A DNA stretch of 64,000 nucleotides, taken from positions 218,449 to 282,448 of the forward strand of contig JAQGDQ010000306.1 of NCBI GenBank assembly GCA_030141605.1, given 5' to 3'. Both the position numbers and the translations under genes were made by a program. Shown in pieces: positions 1 through 14,299 of this stretch. Below the pieces are notes generated by a model. It had not been told where the DNA came from, made no database searches, and saw nothing but the letters and a program-made list of their open reading frames with translations. The stretch is from Tubiluchus corallicola (lineage: Eukaryota; Animalia; Priapulida). Positions within the stretch are counted from its first letter, which is position 1; every line of letters begins with the position of its first letter.

Positions 1-1442
1 GAATGAATGATTAATTGATTGTATGAATGAATGAATGAATGAATGAATGAATGAATGAATGAATGAATGAATGAATGAATGAATATAACATAGCCTAGCT
101 TTTTTCAACAAAATTACGTAATCAAGCCATCTGACCGGGGTTCACTTTTTATTTAACTTTGCACGGGTACAGCCTATATTTTATATTTCGGACGGCATTA
201 ATGATGTATGTGAGTAATGTGACTCATGACTATAAACAGTTATTACCATCATCTGATTCATTATCATTACAAACTTAGGAATTGAAAACTAATCAGGAGG
301 CGTGGCTCAGACAGAACTAAAACCGCATGAGAGTAACTCCTCCACGCATCTGCTAAGTTTTAAAATCTGAGCAACTCTAATTTAGGCGTGCATACCTTGT
401 GCCAGCTGATGTATGATCACTAATTCTAAAGTTTAATCATGCAGGCACTCAATTAATTTATCAAATGAATTGAAAAAATTAAATATGGATGTACATGTTC
501 AATCACTGAGAGATTTAAAAATAAACTGATTTTTACAATCGTGACGTATAATGCAGAAGCTTAAAGGCTGCAAAAGATAAAGTTTTAGAAATCAATTTTG
601 ATTTCTTTATTGATACGTATAATAATTTATGCCTTTGGTTTCAACTCTTTTCGTAATTAGTTTAGCACTAAGACAATTCTAATGCAAAGGAATTGACCAA
701 TAAGTGTATGAAAGTACGAATGAATGAATGATTAATTGATTGTATGAATGAATGAATGAATGAATGAATGAATGAATGAATGAATGAATGAATGAATGAA
801 TGAATATAACATAGCCTAGCTTTTTTCAACAAAATTACGTAATCAAGCCATCTGACCGGGGTTCACTTTTTATTTAACTTTGCACGGGTACAGCCTATAT
901 TTTATATTTCGGACGGCATTAATGATGTATGTGAGTAATGTGACTCATGACTATAAACAGTTATTACCATCATCTGATTCATTATCATTACAAACTTAGG
1001 AATTGAAAACTAATCAGGAGGCGTGGCTCAGACAGAACTAAAACCGCATGAGAGTAACTCCTCCACGCATCTGCTAAGTTTTAAAATCTGAGCAACTCTA
1101 ATTTAGGCGTGCATACCTTGTGCCAGCTGATGTATGATCACTAATTCTAAAGTTTAATCATGCAGGCACTCAATTAATTTATCAAATGAATTGAAAAAAT
1201 TAAATATGGATGTACATGTTCAATCACTGAGAGATTTAAAAATAAACTGATTTTTACAATCGTGACGTATAATGCAGAAGCTTAAAGGCTGCAAAAGATA
1301 AAGTTTTAGAAATCAATTTTGATTTCTTTATTGATACGTATAATAATTTATGCCTTTGGTTTCAACTCTTTTCGTAATTAGTTTAGCACTAAGACAATTC
1401 TAATGCAAAGGAATTGACCAATAAGTGTATGAAAGTACGAAT
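1..1442. repeat. Direct tandem duplication, 721-bp unit x2 (1-721, 722-1442), each unit starting in a (GAAT)n tract; in Shox intron 2
   Basis: Position 1 (gaatgaatgattaattgattgtatg) recurs at 722 and 1443. The two units read identical by eye, including GAAT copy number. Confidence 0.95.
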
Positions 1443-1614
1443 GAATGAATGATTAATTGATTGTATGAATGAATGAATGAATGAATGAATGAATGAATGA
1501 ATGAATGAATGAATGAATGAATGAATGAATGAATGAATGAATGAATGAATGAATGAATGAATGAATGAATGAATGAATGAATGAATGAATGAATGAATGA
1601 ATGAATGAATGAAT
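1443..1614. repeat. (GAAT)n microsatellite
   Basis: Long GAAT run; it explains the spurious HSFI-repeat ORFs 1389..1655 and 1400..1621. Confidence 0.97.
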
Positions 1615-1940
1615 ATTGCATGTATGAATGAGTATAAACTAAGGTATAAATACAAAATTTATAAAAATTGAATGAATGAATGAATGAATATTAACGACAG
1701 GTAGATAGGAAGAAAGAAAGAAAAAAAGAAAAATGAAGGAAAGAAAGTAGAACCAACTAGAAAAGAAAAAATAAATAGAAAGCAACTAATGAACAAAAAA
1801 GAAGTAACTAAAAAGGTCCTCAGCTACGAAAACTGAGAACATTTATATACTGAGAACGTCTTTGGAGCAAACGAATAATTGACTGATCGAATCAGTAAAA
1901 ACTGGCAAATGAGCAAACGAACACGTGAATCAGTCTGTCA

Positions 1941-1941
1941 G

Positions 1942-1988
<47 letters not shown>
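1941..1988. repeat. (TCAA)n microsatellite
   Basis: About 12 perfect TCAA units. Confidence 0.95.
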
Positions 1989-3699
1989 GTAAAAACGAAA
2001 CCACACACTGAATCGTTGGCTCGAACGAACTCTAAAATGGCGCACAGCCGTAACACAATTTTCTCTGCATTCAAATCTTCTGCATCAATGATACGCAATC
2101 TCGTAAAGATACACTCTTATTTATGCTAATCATAGGAATCGAACTGTTTGAATTACAGAATTATAAAAGCGGCATCTTTGTGAATTATGTAGAGCAGTTG
2201 TAAGCACGTTTTCCTCTTATCAATTAATTATGCAGAAAAGTAATTAACAGGCAAACGCGGCGTCTGCCAATTAGGCGTGCGTGAAGTTTATAATCTAATT
2301 GGATTAGTTTAACAGGGTGACGAATTTAATGCTCGTGATATATGTAGATGACATTGACAAGACACGATCACCATCGTCATAATTAGAAGTGAAATCAGTG
2401 ACATAAACTTATCTGCACATATTTAAGCTGATAAGGTCCTAGGCTACCATTGTTGGTTTTTCAGTGTCAGTTCCTTCTTATTATATTGAAGAATTCATGT
2501 TTTATAATGTCTGTACGTATATTAACCACTAATTTATGAAGTTTCAACATAGTATACACTTTAGAATACTGACATAAAGTACAAATATTCAAAATTATTA
2601 ATGGAATTTAACATCATTGTCGCATGAGAGGATTCTAATTAACAGAAAAAATGACGTTCCTGATCTAATGATTTAGTCTCTAGACCTTTCTGGTTGCCGA
2701 TAAAATATTTCTCTATGAATAATCTCGCTTGGAAATTACTTTCGAGGCAACAATGACATTAAATAAAACATTAATTAGTAACCAAGCATGCCTGCTGCAG
2801 TTTAGTGATTAACATTGATTTTTTTTATATTACACTTTGCATAGTTCTGCCAAAACCGGAACATTATTGTTACCAAAGACAGACTTATAAAATGACACAC
2901 GGAACCGAGACTGTATGACACCTGCAGTATTTTTGGCAGCTATCAATCCATTTACAGACCTAGACGACATTGCTTAACTTCATTTGCTAACGACGCTAAG
3001 CACAAACTATGACCTCTTAGTTATTCATCTCGACTAGCGAAATGTATATCAAAAATGGCTTTGTATTTTTCGTAAGAAAGAGAGACGCTACCTATGTCAC
3101 CTAATAGCCCAAAACTCTTCTATTCATGACCACCTGCACCAACTAGTTCTGAAACCAAAACCAAAATCACACTGTAGATTTTACATTTTGTTCGCAGTAG
3201 CTTTAAATAAGTTTAGTCTCTCCCCTTCTCTCATTTTCTTTTTACAGTTAACCTTATTTAAACTGTGTGCACCTCTGCTAAATTTTTCCATTTTTTTAAA
3301 AATGATGCTACGATCGAATATTCCAATTTATGGAACACCTTGCTACTTTTTAAACACTTTTGACGTAAATGATTTACATTATTCTTCTAATATAAAGCTC
3401 TTAGTTTTTCTACACTATTATGCTACTTCAACGCAATATTTTTAAGTGCAACCAATATTTTTCAATCAAAAAACTATTGACCTAAAAATAAATAAATAAA
3501 CTACAACTTGTTTGTAGTTGAGTTACTTCAATCAGGTTCAGCTATGGTTATCATGCTACATATACGAAACAACACCAACCGCATTTTGTGTATCTCTTTC
3601 TTTTACATTTGAGTGTGAACTGTAGAGACCAACTGGATCAAAAACTATAGTTTCCCTATAATAAATTTTAATTAGAACTTGACATTTGCGCAAGCTGAC

Positions 3700-3911
3700 C
3701 TGAACTCGTGCTTCTGAAAGTCCCAACCTCTGGCTCAATTCCTCTCTCATAAATGCATCAGGATAATGCGTCTCATCGAATAATCGTTCTAGTTCGTTTA
3801 GTTGTTCTAGAGTGAAGTTTGTCCTACTTCTTCTCTGCTTCAACTTGCTATGGTGAGCATCTTCGTCATCAGAGGATACGTCGGAGCGTTCCCTCTTTAA
3901 ACCTTTGCTTT
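3700..3911 (-). CDS. SHOX: Short stature homeobox (Shox) coding exon 2, homeodomain up to EARVQ
   Basis: Acceptor ttttag|AA (phase 1). Translation [71 protein letters not shown] matches the SHOX/SHOX2 homeodomain. Donor CAG|gtcag is at the usual paired-class Q/V intron position. Downstream exons (VWFQNRR, OAR) are not in the window. Confidence 0.95.
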
Positions 3912-4461
3912 CTAAAATACAGTGTTTTTATGTTTCTCATTAGTTCGCATTTTTATGCCAAAATAATATTATATACTTTGCGAGTAGACCTACATATCAC
4001 AAAAAGCACAGGACAAACAGTAAATTTACGGTAAACGTGTGTAAAATTAACAGAAACTGTCATGAATTAGCATATTATTAAGATTATACGATAATCTTTT
4101 ACAAAGTTAAATTACTGAGCATCATTACACAAGCTACCGAAACGTTGTCATTCACAAATTAAAGTATCACTATTGACTAGTTATAAAGTAGAAACATTAA
4201 TTTTGTAATTTGGCCTTACGAATTTCAAACATTGTATTATTATTCTATATGAAATTTCTGGAAAATATCCTTCAAATTTACATGTATGATGAATGAACAC
4301 ATGACAATTGACAATTAATTTTGACAATTTCTGTTGCTCTAACAGCTAACACACTTGGCCTATTATAATTGATGCTGCATGTTTAGCAAAAAGCTAAAAG
4401 TTGTAATATAATAGCCTTGTACATTGTTAAAAAAGCGTTAATAAGATATTATAGAACTTAC

Positions 4462-4645
4462 CACTGTTAATTTCGCTAGCAGAATCCGGCGCATCTGGTC
4501 CTGTCGGAGATCCAGAGGTGCCTTTATTCTCACTCACTTGGGGAAGTTTGTCCTTAACATCCGGTAGTCTCTGCAAGGCTTCTTTTATTCCGGTTGGCTG
4601 TTTTTCATTTTCATACTGCGACACAAACTGAGTCAGACCTTCCAT
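4462..4645 (-). CDS. SHOX: Shox coding exon 1
   Basis: MEGLTQFVSQ resembles the SHOX N-terminus MEELTAFVSK. ATG context ccaccATGg. Donor G|gtaagt is phase 1 and joins exon 2 in frame. Confidence 0.9.
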
Positions 4646-7565
4646 GGTGGATTGTGGATTGTTTAGTTAAAATTTCTTTAGACTGCAGTTTTCTTGTGTC
4701 CAGAAATTAGTACTTCCTTACTAGTTTTTCATAAGCCAATCTTATTAATCTATTTTTTGAAACGAACTTTAGTAAGAATGTAGAACAATTTCATCAATTT
4801 ACCTCATCCAAATACGTTTAAGACGCTCAAAGAAGCCATGTCGGATAGTGACTATTGTTCTGCCACACTGCCACATGAAAATGGGTTGGGACAATCGGGC
4901 CGTTTCTGATTCTGACGCATGCGTGCTAGCTGCAAAACTTTTCCATTGAAAATTTATTAGAGTCATCGCCTGACTGAATTAGAACCTGACTTTCTTGACA
5001 CCATTAACTTTGTTTCACATTAAACTGAAAATAAATTATTTAATTACTTAACAAAAATTATATGACAGTTAAAAGAATTAGACCTATTATCTCGGTTTCG
5101 CTTTTTCTGAATGAAACCTGTACGAAAATTGACACCACTATGAAAATTTGAAAAAAAAGGTTAGGCTACATCTGCAGATAAAGTCAATATAAAACACTTG
5201 TAAACATCTAATACGAAAAAGTGTAAAATAACCAGTTAAAGACTGTATGATTATTTTAAGTAAAGGCGAATCGTCTTTTTGCACACAGCTGCCTCTTTCT
5301 CACGTCAATATTATTATTGTAAAGTTACTCTTTTTTTATTAAAAATCTAATTTCTGTTTTTCTTTTCCCGTGTAATTTATTAACAACAGAATACAGCTAT
5401 GCCTCTTAGTCCTATTTCTGCAGAAAGTCTTTGCGTTCTATTTTCATTACAATGAAGTTTATGGAAGTTTATCCCTGAAACCTGAAAAATTTTGTTGCAG
5501 TCTTTCCCAAGGATCGCATTGTTCTTCTCAGTGAGTAATTTTGTGGCGTCAAGTCCTTTCTCTGGAATCTTATGATGAGATGAGACAAAAAATTTATTTA
5601 AAACGTTACTAAATTGTGTAGAACACACAAATGCACAAACAGACACTTTGTGTTATTTAATTAGAATTGTGAGCTTATTTAGCTTAAAAAATCTAGCCCA
5701 GAGTTGTTTAGGTGTCCACGTTTTCATATTTGACCACAGTTTGAACTAGACGCTTTGAACTGCAAAGTAAACTGTGCAAATTATATTAGCGTCCTTTACT
5801 AAACGCAAGAAATCATGAAATGCCAAGAAACGTACGTCGGCTCGATTAACTGAAGGGAATGCAACCCTAACCACCTTTACAAAGCTAAAAGTTGATCTCC
5901 CCACCGGACGACACTTTACTAACTCGAAAAGCAAACGCAGTAAGGATATTCTTTGTTCAATAAAGGTTTCCCGGGCGATACCATTGTAAGGTCGGGTACA
6001 ATGGTCAATAAACCAAGCCAAACATGGCATGACATATGCAAACTAGTACAGTTTGCAAAAAATGTCAGCGTATAGTTAGTTCAATGACATATAACTTTTA
6101 CAATTCAATGTTACTTTTATCTAATTACACAGCCCCAATTCGGCGTTATAAAATACTAAAAGTAATCATGACATAACGCAGGTAGCCTTAGTAAAAATAA
6201 GACTTGCTACTGTGCATATCATATTTGTTGTTATAATAAAATGTTATGCAAAGAGACTTGTAAATGTCCATTCTCGTTTTTTAACAAAAACTAGTAATTG
6301 TTTAGCAGTTGGAAAGTTTCCTTGTGTTGGCGACACTTACACTAATATCCTCCGGGTTCTAACAGAGTTCTCCCTTCGTGGACAATTCACAGGCCATCGC
6401 AATTTATCCAATGAAACTTAAATGAAATTAGGAGCGCCTAATATATGAAACTAGCATGAATAAAGGACAAACAATCCAACTCAATTATCATTGATTACGT
6501 CTATTGTTAATTGACTTAATCAAGTTGAGATGTGCCTAGCGTGTAATTGCTTGTACAAATAGCGCATAATAAAGCCGATCTGTTGCGCATTTGAGTTGCG
6601 TCGTGCAATTTGAAGTGCGTGTCTCGAGAACGGTCAGTTCCTAATGTAACGTGGACATATCTAACAGAAAATTTGATATGTGTCAAAATTTGCTTTGCCA
6701 CACTCAGCAACAACCTACTATGTGAATTAATACTGCGTTGCCATTTATGTGACGCGAAAATTATTTTGACCTAATGATCCTTTTGACCCTTTTGTCCATT
6801 GACTTCAGAGTAAGTTTTTACCCTTTCTATTACTTAAAGATAATAGGCCTTGGTCCTTTGTACTTCTCTTTACGCTATCGCTGATTTGAGATAATGCCAA
6901 CTCAACCCTAGTCAGTTCTAACCCTATCCAACTTTTCAGTTCCAGATCGAATATCACACAAAATAATTGTACAACAATGCGTCGCGAGGAGGCATGTGAA
7001 CTGACAGGCTAAAAAGATCATTGGCCAATGAAATAAGAAAACGAAGTTGTTCAGATACTAATCGGCACAAAAAAGTGGCATAGGCAGCTTTGCTTTTCAC
7101 AGGAGATGGTTCATTGCAATATGGAAAATTAGCTTCACAACAAACCCCAATAAAATAATTAGGATGTTTTTGTTTGAGCTGTGCAGATTACTCAAATTTT
7201 AGCTTACTAGATTTAAAGCATTAAAACTTTAAATTAAAACCCTTGATTGTGGAGAGCAACTGGATGGGACACGTGATTTCGAGGTCAGGTTTAGCTAATT
7301 ATTATCGAATTACCATTATCTAACACAGAGTGAGTGGGAATTTCTCACACAGAATCCTGTAGTGTCTTTGGGTGTTCTGAGTTCTTAATGTAAATAAGTG
7401 AAACCCACGAAACTGAAGACTTGGTTAAAGGAAAAAAATTATTATATTCGCAAATGGCTTAAAATTCCACTTTTCTTGCTTAATCCCAAGCCTTTTCAAG
7501 ATAACCCGAACAAAGCATTTTACACGAGTCTGTACTGTTAGTATTCCCTGAAACTGCCTGCCACC

Positions 7566-7943
7566 TAGGCGAACTTATAATTGTACGTAATTACACAAAA
7601 TAAACGGATTAGTGTGTCTCGAAAGACGACGGCTGTAAAGTTCAGGAACTACCTACATGTGCTACACTAAAATACTAAAAATTATTATTGTATTGTACGA
7701 TCAACTCGTACCACTGGTAAGTACGAGACCACATTCGCAAATTGCACAATATTTTTCATGAAATCAAACAAACGTACTTTCAAAATCTTCTAACGATGAT
7801 ATTGGCTTGTAAAACATATAGACACTGCCGTTCAAAATCCGAAAATTCTGTATAGTTAGCTCCTCAGCATTTTCAGTCGTCTTCTTTCGAGGCGCATTAA
7901 TTCGTTTATTTCGTGTAATTACGCACAATTATGAGCTCGCCTG
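7566..7943. mobile_element. MITE with ~70-bp imperfect terminal inverted repeats
   Basis: Left end aggcgaacttataattgtacgtaattacacaaaataaacgg... matches the reverse complement of the right end aggcgagctcataattgtgcgtaattacacgaaataaacga...; no coding capacity. Confidence 0.75.
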
Positions 7944-10900
7944 GCTGACAAAGTACAGTCACCTAATTACTAACACATATTTATCAATTAATTCATTAAT
8001 TTTCCGCTTAATTAACTGGAATAATAATCAAAGAGTGAAGCGAGCGAAGCATACTCACTACGCAGTTAAGTAGTCGGCAAATGCACGGCTCTTGAGAGGT
8101 ACATTAAGATGCATCGCACTGATCCTGCAGGCTTTCCACGAAAGAAATTACTTAAATAAATACATAAGGTCGATTCAATTGGTTTTACAAGAAGCACATT
8201 TTCGACCAATTTTTCAATGTTTTTTATTTGTCACGTATAACAAATATTTAATAAAAACGTACAATTTACAGTTAAATAGCTTTTAATGTATCGAAATGCG
8301 TTTGAGCACATATGTGTATATCTTTGTATATGCCTGAAATCACAAGGTTTTGGGTTCAAGTGCAGGTCAACCCTCAACTTTTCAGTGCTTCAGTGGTCAA
8401 TTTATTAGTCCTCAGGTCAACCGCTGTAAAAGTACTATTTTCTTAGCATGTGTATGCATGTACTAAGGTCTTTCACAAATTTTTGACCAAGAAGTTTCGA
8501 GTATGCCTCTTTATTCGGCAGGATAAAAAATTTCGATTTCAAGGCGTATTCTGTCAAGAATTAGAAGGTAAACCAGACTTACTAGCTGAGAGATCAGTGG
8601 GCGGCGGATCCGTAGGCCGAGGGATTAGTATGATGAGATACAAACTATCCTGGTACTGTCATAGGACAATCTAAAGTGCATGTGTCTGTCAGCAAAGCAG
8701 TGGATCTATGCCTATACATACACATTTATATACCAGTTATATATAAATGTATCCAAAAATATTTATCATTTCAGCCAACAACCGAAATTATTTCATTTCA
8801 TTGCGAAAAGATTACCAGTAATCGTTTAAATTATCACCCATTAACTCTGCCTAATATTTTAGTTTTGTTATTGCGAGTATTACCCATAACATAGTATAAG
8901 TATAGCATACAATAAAACCAATAACTTCGCAGTGAATTATGTTTCTGATGATTTTAGGGAGTGACAGCTTTAAAGGCACATGAACGGTAGATTCATCGGC
9001 ATATATCCACAAAAAGGCAGACCTGATTTTCTTTTAATGGTAAAATTTGTATAAGAAGTGAATGATTAACTTTTGTAATTTTAATTACATGTTTAATTCT
9101 CCGTTAGACTGAAGAAAATCACAAAAAATAGCATGACCCGAAATAAATCCCAACAAAAATTTCTGTTGGGTTGAACTATTTACATGCACCTAGACAGCTC
9201 ACACATTATCAAAAATCGGACAAAATCGGCCAAAAAAATGTCCTAAGTAAATCAGTATCAAAATAGCCGCCGAATACGCTTACTCTAGGTCAACAATGCA
9301 TTAAAAATGTCACAATGCATTAAAATCGCTCATACTGTCCAAGATATCGGGTTTGTGTCAAATAAGAATCCCGTTAGAACTTTTCAATCACGTCACTTTC
9401 GAATAACATCAGCCGATTTTGCACGAATTTTGATACTTTACAATTTATTTCGGGTCCAACCGTACTTTTAGCCACCTCTAAACAACGACTAAAAATCCTT
9501 TGACGAACGTAGAATGCTAGACTCTTTGGCAATTTTGATGCGAGCGAAACGTAAAAAGCTAAAACTCGAAAACTGTGGAAAAAAATTTAAAGTTTATGAT
9601 CATGTAAAAAAATAAAAGCCTGAAACAACGATTCGTGAAACACAACCATAATGAAGTATATAGCATAGAAAGGAAAAAATGCAGAAACCTAATTTATACA
9701 TACTTTTACCACACACACACACACAGGTATCGACGTCGCGAGTTTTATTCATTTTACTTTCAATACGTGTGTGTGTGTACATGTACATGTATCAAAATCA
9801 AATAAAAAATTGTTAACAAAAAACTTATATGGGTGGAAGATATTATATTCACTCAATGTTGCACCAAATTCCACGTGCTGCTATCGTTTTTAATTAGTAT
9901 TTCGGTATTAGTTACATATTTTAATTAACATTCTTTAGATTTTAATTTATATTCTTCCAGTACAGACGCCAAGCAGAGTTACCATGCTGTCACAAAGCAT
10001 AAAATCGGACACTGATTGGATTTTTCGGCAAATTACCCCCCATATGAGTGGGCGTTCACAATATCGTGCATGGCCACGCCCAAGTGTATTATACTATGAT
10101 TTTGTATCACAATAGTTTAGTAATGAATAATTTTACTGGGCAACCCATCCACAGACTGACTAAATATCACCGCTTTATGAGCGATAAAAAACAACACGGG
10201 ATAGCTGCGCAACTGCTTTGTTGTTTATGCTTTGCACTCATTTCTAAGTTACAAAACTGGCTCGGGTGATGCGCGTACAGAGAGAATGCGTCTGATTAAA
10301 GTGAATGTAATCCAATTAACCTGTCTTGCGACCAGCAAATATCTTTATATAGATGTAATTTAAAGTCAATTGTCGCAGTATTAAAGCAGTTAAGTGAGTT
10401 TAGTTGCGTCAAGTGGCTAGCTATGATCCATTTAATTCACATATATTCATTCTGTTTTTATCAGGCTTATATCGGGAGAGTTCCTCAATAAAATTTGCCT
10501 CAGTTAATTATCCCATCTAAGCGACACTGTTAACTTAATTTCGTCTCTATTTCAGGCTGTTAGAGTAGCACTCTGGCGAAATAAATTGAAAGATTATATA
10601 ATAAATAGTTGAGTGTCAACCGAAACTCAGTCTCAAATACCAGGACGCATGCGTCGTGCAATAATGATATGTCACTTGACTCACTTGAGACAAAGGAATT
10701 TGTGAAACTTGGGAAGTAATTTCGAATGCTGTTGCGCAACTACTGTTATCATCAGTGCACGTGGCAATCGTCATAACCATCTAAAATGAGCAGAAATAAC
10801 GTTCATAAATACAGCAGCGAACGACAAACTTCAAATGACCCACCGGGATGCATTTTTTGCGAATTTGTTCACGTTATAAATGAAGAAATTAAGGTAAAAA

Positions 10901-12927
10901 AATTTTGACTTGCAAGTTGCCCTTCACGTCTAGTTTCCCACATGGAAAAAACTTGCTAATCGCAAGTTATAAATCTACTGGTCCAAGGTCATTAAGGATT
11001 AATACACACTTCTAAGTCTATTTTCACTGCTTCATCGTCTGACATTAACCACTACGACAACGACGACGGCAACGACGATGACAACAACAACAACGTCAAA
11101 GCCCATATCCTGATCCTCGTGTTGCTTTTCATTTTGATTCGTTTTACCGTATATAGATGAAAATGACTGTCATCACCCATTCCCCCCCCCCCTCCCCGCC
11201 CCAACGTTTTCACCAATTCCACAAATACTACCACCTTGTCATTCAGAGGAACAACAACAATATTTTAGCATTATTCGGTGATCTTCATTCTTCATTCTAC
11301 ATTAGTAAAATTGCTGCTTCACCATATGAATAGCTCCAATACTACCTGATATCGGCCTCGCTATTACAGACACTAATCGTCATCACCGTCGTCGCCATCA
11401 TCATCCGACGTGTTATCACTTCCTTACGCGCATCAACACACTATTTTGTAAAAATTAAAAGGGTAGACGAATTCAAAATGTTCCCATTTTACGATTTCGT
11501 TTAAACAATTTGTTTTTTTTTTGGTCCTGTTTATCCCATAAGGGCTTCAAAAGAAGCCACGGGTTTCTCTACGTGATTAACTTGTGTAGCGTCTCCCTCA
11601 GCAAACCGTAATGATGACGAAGAGAAGCAAAGGGCCGCCGCAGCAACACGCAATGAAATTAGCTCAGACTCTTGAAAACTATTGAATTATTATGAAGACA
11701 AATAGGTCATTACGGTAGACGCTGATGTGATTACTGATGATTAATTAATTACATTAGGGTAAGTGAAACGAGAGGACACGCCATGTTGAATTGTTTATGC
11801 CCATAGCATCAAACTGGACTACAGAGCGAAACCTACATATTACTGAGATTTTTTTCAAAGTTTAATGCAGTTTTGGATTTTAACAATATTGATGGAAAAT
11901 TTGTACACCATTGAGTCAAGTAGATTTTTGTTTTTCTTGTTTTACTGTTCGTAATGAAATCTTTTTGTATTTAAGTTCTACATTGGAAGCAAAAAAGCCA
12001 AAAACTTTTATTATTTTTTATCATTTAAGTGTCAAAAATTACTCTTGGTATCCGAAATACATTTAAGCAATTAACATCGGTCCACGTTACAGACATATGT
12101 TGCGTTTGTAAATTAATCATTCTTATCAGATGCTCATTCACTATTTTGTTATACCTAATTATTTTACAGTAATTATATACAGTAATTCTGTAGCAAACTT
12201 TTCTAACGTGCTGGCATTTATCACACACTCAAAGATGCTACTAACTAAATTTATTGGATAATTTATTAGATTCGTCTCATAGTGTATTTAATCCATTTGC
12301 TCCCTCCTTTCATTGCCTCTGTTGAAAGCCTATATATTGAACTATGGTGATCTTCATTTTTTTTTACTTTTGAGACATAAAATGATTATTTTAAAATTAA
12401 TTGTAAGCTAAAAGCAAATCGCAGCATATAATAAATAAGTACTGTTGATTCAGTCCCGTGTTGTCTTGAGTGCAGCCGTCTTTCGCAATCCTCGTATCTT
12501 TGTGCATAAACTCCGAATAAAAAAAATGGGCGTTATACATCAGATCCACTTAATTAACTCGTAAATTAAATTTACGATAATTAAAAAGCTCCCTAATCGG
12601 GTTAGTCAGAGTAGTAATTCTATGTGAACGCAGTGGCAGTGCCAAATTGGTATGCAATGTAAATGATTAATCTTTAATTATTTGAGAAATAGGATTAGGC
12701 TAGCATCACAATGCATGATCTACAATAAATAAATCTACATTATCTAAAATGCTCTGGCATTTTTTTAAAAACAAATGATTTTTAAAGATATTGTTTTATA
12801 ATTTTAACAAAGGACACTTGACAGGCTACTAAAACGTGCCTGCCCCATGTTGTACAAATTAAAATAAAAACGATTGTGGGTATTTTGCCTATAAATTAGT
12901 GCATATGTGTGTGTGCGTAATTTACTA

Positions 12928-12929
<2 letters not shown>

Positions 12930-12972
<43 letters not shown>
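12930..12972. repeat. (TA)n microsatellite
   Basis: Perfect TA run. Confidence 0.95.
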
Positions 12973-12976
<4 letters not shown>

Positions 12977-14299
12977 TAGCTACGATCCCGACAATTCATG
13001 ATGATGCAACGTAAGTAATCAATCCCTTAATCATCTATTCGAGTTGATATTTTAGTTCTAGAAATTGAATTAAATTTCGCCACGCCTCCGACATAAAATG
13101 TCTAGCGCACGTAAATCTATGTTGATATATCAGCAATGAAAAAGGGAGTGGAAAACTAGAAAGGGCGAAAGAAAATTCAAGAAAAGGAAAAGAAATGAAT
13201 GAAAAAAGAACATTTTAAAAAATGGAAAAGCAAATGAAATTACCAAAAGAAAAAAATGAAAAAAGGTAAACAAAAAAGGAAAATACAAACAATCGAATAA
13301 GCATGGATGGATAAATGAATAAAAACGAAACACAAAAGAGGAGAAACAAACAAAATGAATCTGAAAATGTGGACAACATCTACTGTCAAAGGAATTTTGT
13401 TTAGGTCATTCACAGTGTCGACTACTAGTAATTCAACGAATCACAGAATGAGTTCTACAAGACGCCCTATTGTATAAAATTTGCGCCTGCTAGCATGCAA
13501 CGAACGTACAAATAAAACACGGGAAATCTTATTTTGAAGCCTTAATATTCTCCAAACACATTTCGGTTATGTAATTACGTGGTATGTAAACTCGATTTCA
13601 TCCGATTACGTATCCCCATTCAAATACCATCAAATAACCACTTTTATAAGCTACATTTATATCAATAGGAAAGTCATTTAGCCTAATTCGATCACCGTAA
13701 ATGCGCCTTTCCATAATTTGATATCGCATAATCATTTTATTAATGCTAACATACGAAGACTAGGCTGGCTGGAAGCAAAACTGCCAGCAGACATCCTGCG
13801 ATTTCCATAATTGCGGCTTTGTGAATTTTCTTTGGTCTAGGCGTAAATGTGTGAAGCCTTTTTTAACAGAGATGATTTGCATAATCAACTAAAATAAAAC
13901 TATCGTAAAGAAAACCATTAAGTTCCTTATTTTGAGTTAGGCAACAACAAACAGACATTATAAAATTTGTAAGCAAGTACTCAAAAGACGGGAACTCTTT
14001 CGAAATTGATAATAATTTCGATTAATGGTATTAATTAACATACTAGCGACAATTTATTTTGTTTATTTATTTATTTAAACCTGCATTTATAAAACTTAAT
14101 TTAGATCTTTTTGTACGTTGGAAAGTTCTTATGTAAAGCCTACATAAGTTGCGAGTTGAGCGGGCTCGCAGACATACACGAAAATGTAATCAAACACTTT
14201 TAACCAAACAAACTGAGAATAAGAGAAACGTTACAAAATTCCAGTAAATTAGAAACCTAAAAGATAATAGCACCATTGGTTTAAATCTGACACGGTTTT

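Noticed and set aside
1389-1655. HSFI-repeat ORFs
   Set aside because: Translation of the (GAAT)n microsatellite.
3143-3157. Minus-strand TGG TTT CAG AAC (WFQN) as Shox exon 3
   Set aside because: Immediately followed by TAG, not preceded by an in-frame acceptor plus Val, and lacks RRAK. Treated as coincidence; the true exon is probably outside the window.
8968-9480. Possible old DNA transposon (internal inverted matches 9131-9230 vs 9412-9456)
   Set aside because: Termini and TSD could not be defined.
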